DNA of 64,000 bases from Verrucomicrobiota bacterium (GCA_026397915.1 JAPLTX010000045.1:152561-216560); one strand, 5' to 3'; numbered from the stretch's first letter, positions 48,610-59,552 are shown. A program made the numbers and translations. The notes: generated from the letters alone by a model not told the origin.

Positions 48610-50609
48610 TGGCCCAGTCCGTGTTTCAAGATGAAGGCCAGCATCGCCTCGGACTCGAAGAAAGCCGGGTCGTGCTGATGGCCTTTGCCGGGGACAACGG
48701 TCAGTTCCATCGGCCCGCCGAGTGCGCAATAACGGTCGTAGATGACCTGGCTGTTCCTCTCCAACGGCACCACTTTGTCGGCGTCGCCGTGGATGTGGAA
48801 AACCGGAATCTTTGCCTTCGCAATCGGCGCGAGCCTCTCGATGGGATTGTGCTTCGCAAGCTGTGCGTCGAGGTCAGCCTCGCTCATGTGATACGCCGGC
48901 GCGGCGCGCTTGAAACCGGGGTAGCTCCGCAGGTCGCCAACAGGAAAGATGCCGGCGATGCACCGGACCCAATCCGGGTGGTCAGCGGCAAAGTTGTAGT
49001 GATTCAGCCCACCGCGGCTTTGCGCAAGCAGACACGCCTTCGGCAAGAGGCCGTAGGTTTTGGTGACATGGTGGTAGAATGCCGTGAACTGCTCCCGGCT
49101 CTTGGGATTGGCGAAGGTTTCGCCGACATAGATGCCGGCGACGTAGAAACCGTTCGTCAGCAGCCGCGACAACAGCCACGTGTTCACCGTGCTCGGATGA
49201 TGGCCAATCGTCGGCGCATACCAGACCCACGGCTTCGCGCCGCCGGGTGCGGGTTTGAACGGATGGATAACGAACGCCTCGCAGCCAGCGACCTCGAAGT
49301 TGTCGCGCTGCGCGCCGTAATTGGTGCGCTGGTCGAGCGCCGGCGTGTCTTTGCCATCGGTGAGCCATTCGAGATTGAAACGCGCGAGCGTGAGATAGGC
49401 GTAGCTCGTGGGCTTTTTCCTCTCAGCGTCTGCTTCGCGGCCGCGTTCGTAGAAGCAGAGGATCGTGCCGTCCGCCAGCACGGCAAGGTCGCTGTAGGCG
49501 CTGTAGCCGGGTTCCAGCGCCTTGTTCACCGGCCATGTCTTGCATTCATCGTAGCTGAGCTTGATGGAGAGGTTTCGCCGGTCGCGGCTGACGCCTTCCT
49601 TGGCCTTGCCGTCGCGGCGATCAAGGTTGTGCGGGTTCGCAAAGAGAATCCGGTTCTTGTCGTTGTCGGGCTTGCGACTATAGCGGACGATGCTCCCCAT
49701 GCAGATCGGATCCAGCAACTGGTCGTTGAAGACCGGCCTAGTCCAGCCGGTTGCGCCATCCTTGCTGTTGGTCTGGATGCGCCGGTGCGCGTCGGACTCG
49801 CTGCGGGCGTTGAGAAGCACGTTGCCATTCGTGAGTTGCACCACGACGGTCTCGTTCGGATAGCGATACGGTGCCTTGTCGGGAATGGCGATCTCGCCGC
49901 GCTGCCAGCTCTTGCCGTGATCGTCGCTGTAGATCGTGCTCGTCACCGACGGCCGGTGCGCGTGGTTGCCTGTGCCGAGCGACATCCAGATGGGGACTAC
50001 GAGCCGCCCCTTGTATGGGCCGTGCGTCAGTTGGATGCCGTGGTCGGGGCCGGTTGCGATGACTTTCCAATCGTAGTCCTTGCGGAATTGCTCGAACGTC
50101 GCGGTGATCTCGACCGGCTTTGACCACGTCACGCCCTCGTCGTCGCTGCGCATGTAGAAGCAGCGGCAATATTCGAGGCAGTAAAGAAAATGCACCGCGC
50201 CCGTCTCGCGGTCGGCGATGGCGACGGGATTGTTGGCCGTGTTATCGCCGGGCTTGTCGAGCTTCTGCGCAGCAGCGACGGGGTTGACCGGCAGTTCGCC
50301 CTCAACATGGACGATGCATTGCCGCGGCAACCACGTCTTTCCTCCGTCGGTGCTACGGCGCATCATCGTGTCAATCGGCCCCCAGTCGCCCTTTGCATTT
50401 TTGCGCGCCTCGCACCAAACGAGCACGGCGCCTTTCTTCGTCACCACGACGCCGGGGATACGGTAGAGCGCGTAGTCGTCCTTGCCGGACTCAAAGAGGT
50501 CAGTCTTCTCAACGAATGGCAGCGCCGCCCGGACGGACATAGCAAGCAGCGGAACCAGCGCAGCGGCAATACAAAGAAACAAGCCGCGGTAGAGAGAATT
50601 GATTTTCAT
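48606..50609 (-). CDS. Secreted sialidase fused to a C-terminal alpha/beta hydrolase
   Basis: YRIP, Asp boxes, SAYSDL; second domain WVWYAP, AQSRGG, HGDAD, GKGH. Confidence 0.85.
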   Translation of the reverse strand: MKINSLYRGLFLCIAAALVPLLAMSVRAALPFVEKTDLFESGKDDYALYRIPGVVVTKKGAVLVWCEARKNAKGDWGPIDTMMRRSTDGGKTWLPRQCIVHVEGELPVNPVAAAQKLDKPGDNTANNPVAIADRETGAVHFLYCLEYCRCFYMRSDDEGVTWSKPVEITATFEQFRKDYDWKVIATGPDHGIQLTHGPYKGRLVVPIWMSLGTGNHAHRPSVTSTIYSDDHGKSWQRGEIAIPDKAPYRYPNETVVVQLTNGNVLLNARSESDAHRRIQTNSKDGATGWTRPVFNDQLLDPICMGSIVRYSRKPDNDKNRILFANPHNLDRRDGKAKEGVSRDRRNLSIKLSYDECKTWPVNKALEPGYSAYSDLAVLADGTILCFYERGREADAERKKPTSYAYLTLARFNLEWLTDGKDTPALDQRTNYGAQRDNFEVAGCEAFVIHPFKPAPGGAKPWVWYAPTIGHHPSTVNTWLLSRLLTNGFYVAGIYVGETFANPKSREQFTAFYHHVTKTYGLLPKACLLAQSRGGLNHYNFAADHPDWVRCIAGIFPVGDLRSYPGFKRAAPAYHMSEADLDAQLAKHNPIERLAPIAKAKIPVFHIHGDADKVVPLERNSQVIYDRYCALGGPMELTVVPGKGHQHDPAFFESEAMLAFILKHGLGQ

Positions 50610-50632
50610 AATGGCCTCAATTACTGGAAACG

Positions 50633-50663
50633 ATACCACGCCGACTCAATCGGGAAGAACTGC
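50633..50663 (-). promoter_or_regulatory. Duplicated promoter block upstream of a sialidase (copy A)
   Basis: Minus strand GCAGTTCTTCCCGATTGAGTCGGCGTGGTAT; 27/31 identical to 53256-53286; TGn-extended -10. Confidence 0.6.
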
Positions 50664-50762
50664 TAAAGATGGAGCTAATCGCAGCAAGAGTATCCACGCT
50701 CAGCGCGGCAGCGAATGCCGTTGCCATAAACCAATTCGACGTCCGCATAGGATGTTCCTTCT

Positions 50763-52028
50763 TCAGAATCCGAGCGATTGTTTCACGACAGCCATCGTTG
50801 CGGCCTGCCGCTGCTCCACAAACGCCATCGCCTTCTTCACCTTCGCCAGCGCGGCGGGATAGTCGGCGTGGATTGTGAACAGTGTCTCCGCCATCTTCGT
50901 CGCGGGCGTGGAATCGAACTCCAGCAGCCATTCCGGCAGACCAATGTCGCGGAACATCCAGCATTTCGGGCTGTGGAACTCCGAGTAGGTGTGGATGACC
51001 GGCGTGCCGTTGGCCAGAGCGATGATGAGCGAGTGCGGCTCGTGACAAATGGCAGTGTGGGCGCGCGCGAAGACCGATGCGGCTTCATCGGCGTTCCAGA
51101 AGGCGTCAAGGTTGACGACGTGCTTGCGGATGTCCTCCGGCAGCGGGTCGTGGAGGAGCCGCTTGTTGTGCTCCATCTCCTTCTTCACTTCGGGCGCAAT
51201 GAGCACCTTGAAGCCGGTTCGTTTCACCCAACGCGTGATCAGGTCGCGCTACACGGCCGCGCGGCGCTCGTCGTCGGCGATTTGTTGCGGTGAAGGGTGC
51301 AACGGGTTGAGGCTGGGCACTCGTTTGTCGTCCACGCCCGGGAGCTTGGCAGTGTTGGTTCGAAGCTGGATCGTGATAAACTTTCGATCTTCCAATCCGA
51401 GCTTCTTCATCGTGGCCAGCCCGCGTTCGTCGTCGCGCACGTCAATGCCGAAGCAACCGTCGGGACCGAACTCCAGCACCGGCGGTTTCAGTCCGGCGTT
51501 GCGGAGAATGTTGAGGGTCTTGGTTTCCCGACAGTAGATGAACGCCGCGCCGTTGAGCAGCGCCATGCGCTCCGTCGCGCCCTTGCCTTCGACCATGCTG
51601 GGAAAGTAGGACTGGCCATAGAGGCCGTATGGCTTGCCAGCTTTCCGGCAGAACTCCATGAAACTCGTGTCCTGACCCATGCCGGAGTTTCGGATGAACA
51701 GGTCACAGCGGCGGATGGCCTCGCGCAATCGTTCATCCCGTTCGCTCTTGCCGGTCAGACTGCCTTGCAGGAACTCCACCTTGGGGAAACGGCGGCGCAG
51801 CATGGCGGCGACGCGCTCGTCGAGTTTCATCGCCCACACGACGACGCGCACATCCGGCAGATGCTGCTCGATGATCCGTAACGTGCCCGGGGTGTGGCCG
51901 ATGTCGCCAATATTGACGGTGTCCCAAGCGGACTGGAGCAGGATCGTCTTCGGTTTCGCCGACGCGGCAAGAGCGGAGACGCCGAGCGCGGCGCTGAGAG
52001 TTGAAATGAAATGACGTCGAGTAGTCAT
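50763..52028 (-). pseudogene. Tat-exported polysaccharide pyruvyl transferase-like protein with an in-frame TAG
   Basis: TRRHF signal, NIGDIGH, YCRE, FGPD, EPHS; TAG at 51249-51251, same frame continues to 50763. Confidence 0.78.
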
Positions 52029-53215
52029 GGTAGTGGTGGCAATTTTGCACCGCAATAGACGGCGCGGTAGCGGTTGTCGTCGAAGGCGAAGTGGAGCCAT
52101 TGCTTGTCCTTGCTCACAAAACCATCGGGATAGTTCATCCGTCCTTTCGGGCCGTCGCAGGATTCCGGCAGAAGCACGCGGCGGTAAGGCCACGTCTTCA
52201 TGCCGTCAAAGCTGATCCAAAGTGCCATCGGGCTGCGGTGTTTCGGATTCGGATTGTGCAGTAACGCGACGCTATCGCCACCGAGCGGATAGAGCGTCGC
52301 TTTCGATCCGGGGTTCGGGATGTCGGACTTCGTCCCGAACTCCGGCCAAGTGCGACCGCCGTCCTTGGACTCGGCGTAATAGAGCACGCCACCGAGCCGG
52401 TCGCCGCGGATGATCATGGCGATGCGTCCGTCGCTCAGTTCGACGATGTTGTTCTCGGCCCAACCATGATAGCGGTCGTCGGAGGTGAGGCGGATGTTGC
52501 CGTGCTCGGTCCATGTCTTGCCACCATCGCTGCTCATGAGCACGCCGTTGCGCGGGTTGCTAACGTAGTGGGCCAGCGCCTTGTGCCACGGCTTTTCCTC
52601 CGGCGACGGAGGCGGCGTGCCGGCCGGCGGGCCGAGGTAATGCTGGAACGGGATCAGAATGCGTCCATCGCGCGTGACGATGTGGTTGCGGATGAAGGTG
52701 AAGTTCGCCAACCGGCCGGGCATCGGCTGCGGCTTGCTCCACGTGCGGCAACAATCGTCGCTGAACATCATCCATGACCGCCAGTCACGCCCCCACGTCT
52801 GCGAGTGCGTCGAGAAGAACAGCGTGCAGCGGTTGCCACGCACCATCAGTTCCGTCGGGCCTTGGCCGCTGGTCTTGCCTTCGCGCGGAAAGCCGATGTC
52901 CACGGGTTGCAGCGGCGACCATGTCTTGCCGCCGTCGGTGCTGCGCGTCAGGCCGGTGTAGTTCTTCGGCGATGGCTCGAAGTCGTCGCCCGCGAGCATG
53001 AACAACACCCACGAGCCGTCAGACAACTCCCGCAGCGTCGTGTCGCAGACCAGCTTGTTCGGCGTCTTGCCATCATAGGCGATGGTCGTGCGGTCTTGCC
53101 TTGCATCCTCGGCGGCCTGCTTCTCCCAATCGGCTGCGGAGACCGCGACACAAACAAGACCGGTCATGACGCTCTCGGTAAGGTGACTCAGCAAAAGGTT
53201 GTGCCGGATGTTCAT
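52025..53215 (-). CDS. BNR/Asp-box beta-propeller (sialidase-fold) protein
   Basis: Five Asp boxes ([40 protein letters not shown]); no RIP motif. Confidence 0.8.
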   Translation of the reverse strand: MNIRHNLLLSHLTESVMTGLVCVAVSAADWEKQAAEDARQDRTTIAYDGKTPNKLVCDTTLRELSDGSWVLFMLAGDDFEPSPKNYTGLTRSTDGGKTWSPLQPVDIGFPREGKTSGQGPTELMVRGNRCTLFFSTHSQTWGRDWRSWMMFSDDCCRTWSKPQPMPGRLANFTFIRNHIVTRDGRILIPFQHYLGPPAGTPPPSPEEKPWHKALAHYVSNPRNGVLMSSDGGKTWTEHGNIRLTSDDRYHGWAENNIVELSDGRIAMIIRGDRLGGVLYYAESKDGGRTWPEFGTKSDIPNPGSKATLYPLGGDSVALLHNPNPKHRSPMALWISFDGMKTWPYRRVLLPESCDGPKGRMNYPDGFVSKDKQWLHFAFDDNRYRAVYCGAKLPPLP

Positions 53216-53255
53216 GGTCTGACTTGGCGGTGTTTCTCTCCAAAAGTCCGAAGCA

Positions 53256-53286
53256 ATACCACGCCGACTCTGCCGGAAAGAACTGC
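53256..53286 (-). promoter_or_regulatory. Duplicated promoter block upstream of the BNR gene (copy B)
   Basis: Minus strand GCAGTTCTTTCCGGCAGAGTCGGCGTGGTAT. Confidence 0.6.
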
Positions 53287-53385
53287 GAGTAGTAAAGCCC
53301 TTCGTAACGACATGCGCCGTCGTGCTGGTGCGGTCCGCGTTTTTCTCCCTTGCACAACGAATCCGCCGCGTCATCATACGCTCCG

Positions 53386-54933
53386 ATGAAACCTTGCGCC
53401 GCCGCCCTGCTCGCCACGCTCGTATCCTGTCTCATCACCATCGCCGCGGACAACGACACCCCCAACATCAACTCCGCAAACAACGCCATGCGCCTGCTGG
53501 CCGTCGGCCAGTTCGACGAAGCTGTTGCACAACTCGACGCGCCCGAACTGCGCGCCCTGCCCGCGCTCAAAACGCGCGTGCTCGCCGCACTCGGCACCAA
53601 ATCGCCCAACCCCGTCACCCTTTTCCTGCGCAACGGCGTTGTCGTCACAGGCGTCATCTCCGCCGCCAGCCCGGCCGACCTGACCGTGACCAAGCTCGGC
53701 AACGTCACCGCCCGCGTGCCGTGGGGCGATCTCAAGCCCGCCTCGCTCTACGCGGTGCTCGGCAGCGCCGCCGACGCGCGTTCCGCCGATGAACAACTCG
53801 GTCTCGGCATCCTTGCGCGCTCTCTCCGGCTTGAAGCGCAGGCGCAAGCGCACTTCACCGCTGCGTTTGATCTCGACCCTATGCTGGCGCCAAGGATCAC
53901 CTTTTGGAGTGGCCGGCCGCTCAACGCCCGCCAGCAAGCCGTGCTCAACGCCGCTGCGCAAATGGTCTCGATTTTCAAAGGCCGCGTTCGCCCGCTCGCT
54001 GGCGGTCGCATTGAAATCAGCTACGACTTCTCCCGGCCTGAACAACTCAGCGACTGGCGCGGCGTCGGCGGCACCAGCAACGATTGGAAGATCGTCAACG
54101 GCGCGCTCACCACTACCGCGCTCGCCGCCGACCCACTTCTGTGGCGCGCCGTCGTCACCGGCCCCGTAGAAGTCGGTGCACGACTCAACACGCCCGAGCA
54201 AGGCTACACCGCGGTGGGTCTGGCTGCATGGGCCGACGCCGAGCCGCCCAACGGCTTGCGCAGCCAGTTTGCCGCCATCAAGAGCGACCGCAAATTCGCC
54301 TTGCGCGCCGGCACGGATTGGGTTGCTGAGGCCGATCTTGCGTCTGCCGCCGAATTGTCCCCCGTCACCATCTCAGCCGATGGCCGCCAAGTTCGCGCAA
54401 GCGTCAACAACGCAGCGCCGCTCACCGCTTCACTCAACCAACCCCCGTCGCTTATCGCCCTGCGCGGCGGACTCGATACCAAAGCCGTCTTCGACGATAT
54501 CCGCATCACGGTCACGCTCGACCCCGGCTGGCTCGCCACCGAGCGTTGGCTGCGAGGCTCCGCGCCGTTGCCCAAGCCCGCGCGCATGGACAGCGCCAAA
54601 CCGTGGCAGGACAGCGGCCTCGACCTGCAACTAGGCCGCCGCTACCGCGTCGTAGTGCGCGGTGACTGGAACAGCTCGCCGCTCTTCGGTCCGTCCACTG
54701 CTGACGGCTCGCCCTCGCTCGACAACGCTCTCGGTGCATCGCTACGCAACCAGTCGCTCGTCGGCCGCGTTGGCGCCAACGGCCGGCCTTTCCAGCTTGG
54801 CTGCGATCGGATACTTGCCAGCCCTGCCAGCGGCCGACTGTTCATGCAGATCAACTCCGTCAGACTCGACGGATACAAAGGCGTCTTGGAGGTCTGGGTC
54901 CTGCCCGCGGACGGCGCCGTCTCGCCGCGGTAA
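53386..54933 (+). CDS. Secreted multidomain protein with ConA-like and C-terminal LecA/PA-IL-like domains
   Basis: Signal peptide; YDFS beta-sandwich; WQDSGL...V.G.W...LVGRVG...F..G...SGRLF..IN tail. Confidence 0.6.
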   Translation: MKPCAAALLATLVSCLITIAADNDTPNINSANNAMRLLAVGQFDEAVAQLDAPELRALPALKTRVLAALGTKSPNPVTLFLRNGVVVTGVISAASPADLTVTKLGNVTARVPWGDLKPASLYAVLGSAADARSADEQLGLGILARSLRLEAQAQAHFTAAFDLDPMLAPRITFWSGRPLNARQQAVLNAAAQMVSIFKGRVRPLAGGRIEISYDFSRPEQLSDWRGVGGTSNDWKIVNGALTTTALAADPLLWRAVVTGPVEVGARLNTPEQGYTAVGLAAWADAEPPNGLRSQFAAIKSDRKFALRAGTDWVAEADLASAAELSPVTISADGRQVRASVNNAAPLTASLNQPPSLIALRGGLDTKAVFDDIRITVTLDPGWLATERWLRGSAPLPKPARMDSAKPWQDSGLDLQLGRRYRVVVRGDWNSSPLFGPSTADGSPSLDNALGASLRNQSLVGRVGANGRPFQLGCDRILASPASGRLFMQINSVRLDGYKGVLEVWVLPADGAVSPR

Positions 54934-55014
54934 GCCAGCCATACCGCTTGCAGAAACAGCGTGCAGATGGATTTCGCGCTTGCTCCTTTGCGGCAAAACC
55001 ATACGCTCGCCGCC

Positions 55015-57069
55015 GTGACTACCGTCGAAGCCGCCCCTCGCCAATCATCATCTTTGCCGCTCTACGCCGGCACAATCTTTCTAAGCGCGTTCCTGCTCTT
55101 CCTCGTGCAGCCGATCATTGCCAAGCAAATCCTGCCGTGGTTCGGTGGTTCGGCGGCGGTCTGGGCAACGTGCATGGTGTTTTTCCAAATGGCGCTGCTG
55201 GCGGGCTATGCTTACGCGGACTGGACGACGCGCCACCTCGCGCCGCGGCGGCAGGTGATGCTTCATGCCTGCTTGCTCGTCCTAAGTCTGCTGCTGCTGC
55301 CAATCGTCCCCACCGCCGCGTGGAAGCCGACGGGCGCGGAAAACCCAAGCTGGCTGATTCTCGGTCTGCTCGCGGCGACGATCGGCCTGCCGTATCTGCT
55401 GCTCTCAACAACCACGCCGCTGGCGCAAGCGTGGTTTGCTCGGCGGCATCGTCATGTGATGCCCTATCGGCTTTTCGCACTCTCCAACCTCGCGTCGCTG
55501 CTGGCGCTCTTGGCGTATCCGTTTGTCATCGAGCCGTGGGTGAGCGCACGCGTGCAGTCGCTCGCATGGTCGGCGTGCTACGTGATCTTCGCCGCGCTAT
55601 GTGTCTGGGCCGCCGTGGCCAGCGCGCGCGTCACCGGCGGGACGCCCACCGTGGAGCCTGCGAACGACGCGCCCGCAGCCGCAAAGCCCGGCCTCGGTCT
55701 GCAACTCGAATGGCTGGCGCTGGCAGCGATGGGGTCGTTCATGCTGCTGGCGGTCACCAACCACCTCTGCCAGAACGTCGCCTCGGTGCCGTTCCTGTGG
55801 ATCGCACCGCTCGCGATCTACCTGGCGAGCTTCATCTTCTGCTTCGACCATCCGCGCTGGTATCGGCGCATCGTGTTCCTGCCGCTGGTGGCCGTGGCGC
55901 TGCCGCTGATGGCGCATCACGCAAGCTCGCTGGAACTACGACAGGTTGTGACACTCTTCGCCGGCGGGCTGTTCGTTTGCTGCATGTGCTGCCACGGCGA
56001 ACTGGCGCGGAGCAAACCGGTGCCGCAGTTCCTGACCACGTTCTACCTCATGATCAGCATCGGCGGCGCGCTCGGCGGGTTGCTGGTTGGAATGGTCGCG
56101 CCGTATTTGCTGCGGGGCTTTTTCGAGGTCAGCATCGGCCTGGTGGCTTGCGCCGCGCTGCTCGCGTTTTGCGCGCGCCGCGTCGGCTGGTGGGCCGTTG
56201 TTCTCGGCGTCGTGGTGGTCGGCGTGACGGCCCGTGACGCCGCCAAGGCGGTGAAGGAACAGATCGCCGACGCGCGTGTCATGCGGCGCAATTTCTACGG
56301 CGCGATCCGGACGACCGACTCCGATCCGCCGCAGTCGTTCCGGTCGCTCATGCACGGCGACATTCTGCACGGCGGGCAGTTTCTCGATCTCGAGGAGCGG
56401 TTTTCGGCAAACACCTACTTCGCGCCGACGAGCGGCTTTGGGCGAATGTTTGCGAGCCTGCCGAGCGCGCCGCGCAAGGTCGGTGTCGTCGGCCTGGGTG
56501 CCGGCTCCATTATCGCGTATGCCCGCAAGGGCGACCTCTTCCGATTCTACGAGATCAACCCACAAGTGGTGGAACTGGCGCGCACCGAGTTCACCTTCCT
56601 GACGCAAGGACCGGCGAAGACCGAGGTGGTGCTGGGCGACGGCCGGTTGAGCCTCGAACGCGAACCGTCCCAGCAGTTCGACGCGCTGGTGCTCGATGCG
56701 TTCTCCGGCGACGCCATCCCGCTCCATCTCCTCACGCGCGAGGCGATGGCGATCTACCTCAAACATCTCAAGCCCGGCGGCGCGCTCATCTTTCAGGCGA
56801 CAAACCGCTACGTGGACATCGCCCCCGTCGTCGCGACGCTGGCGGCGAGAGTGGGCATGACCGCCGTGATGGTTACCGACGACGTGGACGCCGAAGGCGA
56901 CGGTTCGGAAACGTGGTTCTACAACACCGATCAGATCATCGTCACCTCGAACAAGGCGTTGCTGGCAGCCCCCCAAATCCGCGAGGGAGGCAAGGTGATC
57001 AAACCGCAGCCCGATTTCCCCCTCTGGACCGACGACTACAACAACCTCTTCCGTGTTCTCAAACGCTGA
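55015..57069 (+). CDS. Fused MFS/spermidine synthase family protein
   Basis: FLSAFLLFLVQP..K.ILP.FGG, multiple TM helices, VGLGAG, EINP, GDGR, LDAFSGD; start could be 54961 or 54967. Confidence 0.88.
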   Translation: MTTVEAAPRQSSSLPLYAGTIFLSAFLLFLVQPIIAKQILPWFGGSAAVWATCMVFFQMALLAGYAYADWTTRHLAPRRQVMLHACLLVLSLLLLPIVPTAAWKPTGAENPSWLILGLLAATIGLPYLLLSTTTPLAQAWFARRHRHVMPYRLFALSNLASLLALLAYPFVIEPWVSARVQSLAWSACYVIFAALCVWAAVASARVTGGTPTVEPANDAPAAAKPGLGLQLEWLALAAMGSFMLLAVTNHLCQNVASVPFLWIAPLAIYLASFIFCFDHPRWYRRIVFLPLVAVALPLMAHHASSLELRQVVTLFAGGLFVCCMCCHGELARSKPVPQFLTTFYLMISIGGALGGLLVGMVAPYLLRGFFEVSIGLVACAALLAFCARRVGWWAVVLGVVVVGVTARDAAKAVKEQIADARVMRRNFYGAIRTTDSDPPQSFRSLMHGDILHGGQFLDLEERFSANTYFAPTSGFGRMFASLPSAPRKVGVVGLGAGSIIAYARKGDLFRFYEINPQVVELARTEFTFLTQGPAKTEVVLGDGRLSLEREPSQQFDALVLDAFSGDAIPLHLLTREAMAIYLKHLKPGGALIFQATNRYVDIAPVVATLAARVGMTAVMVTDDVDAEGDGSETWFYNTDQIIVTSNKALLAAPQIREGGKVIKPQPDFPLWTDDYNNLFRVLKR

Positions 57070-57086
57070 TTAGTTCCACCTTGGGG

Positions 57087-57890
57087 TTACGGGCCAATCT
57101 TGTAGTGACGACGGATGGAGCGATCCACGAGGCCGGGGCAGACCGCACACAGCCAGCTCATACAGCGTAGCCACCACGGGACATAAACCTCGACAGGCTT
57201 CTCACGAACCGCACGGACGATGGCTTGCGCCACACGCGTGACCGGCAACCGTGAGGAACCGTGATCGGGATAATCAGCGGGCAGACGGGAACGGTCCAGG
57301 TTGCGCGGCATGTCCGTATCAATCACGCCGGGATAGACCGTGGTGAAATGGATATTCTCCGCGGCGAGTTCGATCCGCAAACTCTCCGTCAGGCCGGTGA
57401 CTGCCCACTTCGTCGCGGCATAAACCGCCATGTAAGGCAGACCCCGTCGGCTCACGCCGGAGGCGACATTGATGATGTGTCCCCCGCCCTGCCGAGCCAT
57501 GAGCGGCGCGGCAGCACGGATGGAGTGGACGACCGCCCAGAAGTTCGTGTCCATCAGATGCTCCATGTCATCCAACGGCATCGCAAGCAATGGCGCCATC
57601 CGCAACAAGCCGGCGTTATTGATGAGCACGTCAAGGCGTCCGAAGTGTCGGGCCACCGACTCCACCATCGCGCGCACCTGCTCCGAATCCTCCACATCAG
57701 CCACGTGAATGAAAGCGTCCGTGTTGTGGCGCGTCTTCAGCTCCAGCGCCAATCCCTCCAGACGATCCTTCCGCCGTGCAACCAGCGCGAGCCGGCATCC
57801 CGCTCGGGCCAGTTCGTGCGCCGTGGCCGCGCCAATCCCCGCCGAAGCGCCGGTGATGAGAACGACAAGAGAAGAGAGTTTCGCCTGCAT
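57087..57890 (-). CDS. SDR family oxidoreductase
   Basis: TGASAGIG, NNAG, YAATK. Confidence 0.9.
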   Translation of the reverse strand: MQAKLSSLVVLITGASAGIGAATAHELARAGCRLALVARRKDRLEGLALELKTRHNTDAFIHVADVEDSEQVRAMVESVARHFGRLDVLINNAGLLRMAPLLAMPLDDMEHLMDTNFWAVVHSIRAAAPLMARQGGGHIINVASGVSRRGLPYMAVYAATKWAVTGLTESLRIELAAENIHFTTVYPGVIDTDMPRNLDRSRLPADYPDHGSSRLPVTRVAQAIVRAVREKPVEVYVPWWLRCMSWLCAVCPGLVDRSIRRHYKIGP

Positions 57891-57933
57891 CCCTCACACT
57901 CCATCACAACACCCGCCCGACCTCAAGGGCGCG

Positions 57934-58124
57934 TTGATACTGCCAATCCCTTTGCCTACACTGCGCGCACATTCAACTCGTTGTCGTGCCTCTGCATCAC
58001 GCTTGCAACGTCCAAGCGGGTTTTGACTTTCTGCTGAACTGTGGTTTGTTTGCACAACATTGTTCAGACTACGACTCATTCGACCACACGAGTTAGTAAA
58101 CGGCGCACTGACGGGAACATAACC
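57934..58124 (+). promoter_or_regulatory. Sigma70 promoter and structured ~155-nt leader of the TPR cassette
   Basis: TTGATA-17-TACACT; closing stem AACTCGT/ACGAGTT enclosing two hairpins. Confidence 0.55.
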
Positions 58125-59552
58125 ATGAGAACCCGAATTGCGTCGCTCTGGCCGTTGATCATTTGTTTCGCTCTTGTCTGGCCGCTGGTTTTCTGTCTCG
58201 CCGATCCGTGTTCTACCTGTCGAGGCACGGGCACCATTACATGCCCGCAATGCGGAGGAAGCGGGATTTCCCGCTGGACAACCATTCGCGGCCAGCGCGC
58301 GGCCTACGGCTGCGAGAATTGCGGCGGCATCAGCGGCGATCCAATGAGAGGCACGGGACGGCAAGGTCGTGGGCGCGTTCGTTGTCCAACTTGCGGTGGT
58401 TCGGGACAAACGCAGTCACAGTCATCCCCAGTCAACAATCCCTATCCGTCGCCCGACATGGAAGCGGAGCGACAGAGACAGTTGGAGGAACAGCAGAAGA
58501 AGGAACAAGAGGAGGCGAAGCGCAAGCGCGAGGAGTTCGAGAAGACGAAGCAGGAAGTCTTAAAGAGCATGAAGGGGATCGCGGAGAACGGCCTCGGCCT
58601 CAAAGATGTCCGCACCACGGACGCCCTTGGACTGAAGGGAATCGGAGACGCAAAGGTCGGCACCGCGGGGTTGAAGGGGATGGACGACAGCGGGTCGCGA
58701 CCGTCCGTTGGTTCCTCAACGGTTGATCTCCGGCACTTGGACCCAAACAAACCCATCACAGTTGATCCGAACGTCGTGAAAGGTCAGGAACGGGTCTTCC
58801 CGGTTCAAACCGACCCGGGGACGTTCAAGAACGCCAATTACAACAAAGGCTTTGACGCCATCCTGCGTGGCGATCCTGATTCTGCCGTGCTGTGTTTCGA
58901 GCAGGCGAGCAAAGAGCGCCCTGGTGATCCTCTGATTCGTAACGCGCTGCTGCTGGCCAAAGGCCTTGTCAACGTGCACCGACAACGGGAAGAGGACAAC
59001 CGGAAGAAGGCGGCGGCGCAGCCCGCCTCGAATGACGACAGCGCCTTGAAGTTGGCCATTGATGCAACCCCTGCCATGGAGCAGGGCGACTACGACACCG
59101 CCCTTCGCATGCTGAAACAAGCGCAAGCCATCAGCCCGAACAACCCCAACATCGCCAACATGCTGCGCTTTGTTCAAGGAGTGAAAGCGAAAGACGACAG
59201 CGCCATGAGCTATGCCGCTGATGCATGCAACTTCGTCAAACCAGGCCAATACAACACCGCCCTTCGCATCCTGAAACAGGCGCAAGCCATCAGCCCGAAC
59301 AACACCAACATCGCCGACACGATTCGCTACGTCGAAGGACAGAAGGCCAAAGACGACAGCGCCCTGAAGCTGTCCAGAGAGGCATATTATGCACTTGGGG
59401 AAGGCGACCTCGACAGGGCGTTTCGCGCATTGAAACAGGCACACGACATTTTGCCGAACGATCGGGGTTTTGCCGATGCACTCAACTTTGTTGAAGGGGC
59501 GGCAATGGAACGCGCGAATGCGGCCAAGAAGACGCCACCCGACAGAAAATAA
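58125..59552 (+). CDS. Secreted protein: DnaJ-like CxxCxGxG zinc finger, coiled coil, TPR and three 53-aa repeats
   Basis: Signal peptide, four CxxC, E/K/Q-rich helix, GLK repeats; 159-nt repeats at 59034, 59193 and 59352. Confidence 0.75.
   Translation: MRTRIASLWPLIICFALVWPLVFCLADPCSTCRGTGTITCPQCGGSGISRWTTIRGQRAAYGCENCGGISGDPMRGTGRQGRGRVRCPTCGGSGQTQSQSSPVNNPYPSPDMEAERQRQLEEQQKKEQEEAKRKREEFEKTKQEVLKSMKGIAENGLGLKDVRTTDALGLKGIGDAKVGTAGLKGMDDSGSRPSVGSSTVDLRHLDPNKPITVDPNVVKGQERVFPVQTDPGTFKNANYNKGFDAILRGDPDSAVLCFEQASKERPGDPLIRNALLLAKGLVNVHRQREEDNRKKAAAQPASNDDSALKLAIDATPAMEQGDYDTALRMLKQAQAISPNNPNIANMLRFVQGVKAKDDSAMSYAADACNFVKPGQYNTALRILKQAQAISPNNTNIADTIRYVEGQKAKDDSALKLSREAYYALGEGDLDRAFRALKQAHDILPNDRGFADALNFVEGAAMERANAAKKTPPDRK

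Noticed and set aside
46909-50123. Long + strand ORFs (554 and 552 aa) and other long antisense ORFs
   Set aside because: Shadows of well-supported genes on the opposite strand, expected at high GC; no recognisable motifs.
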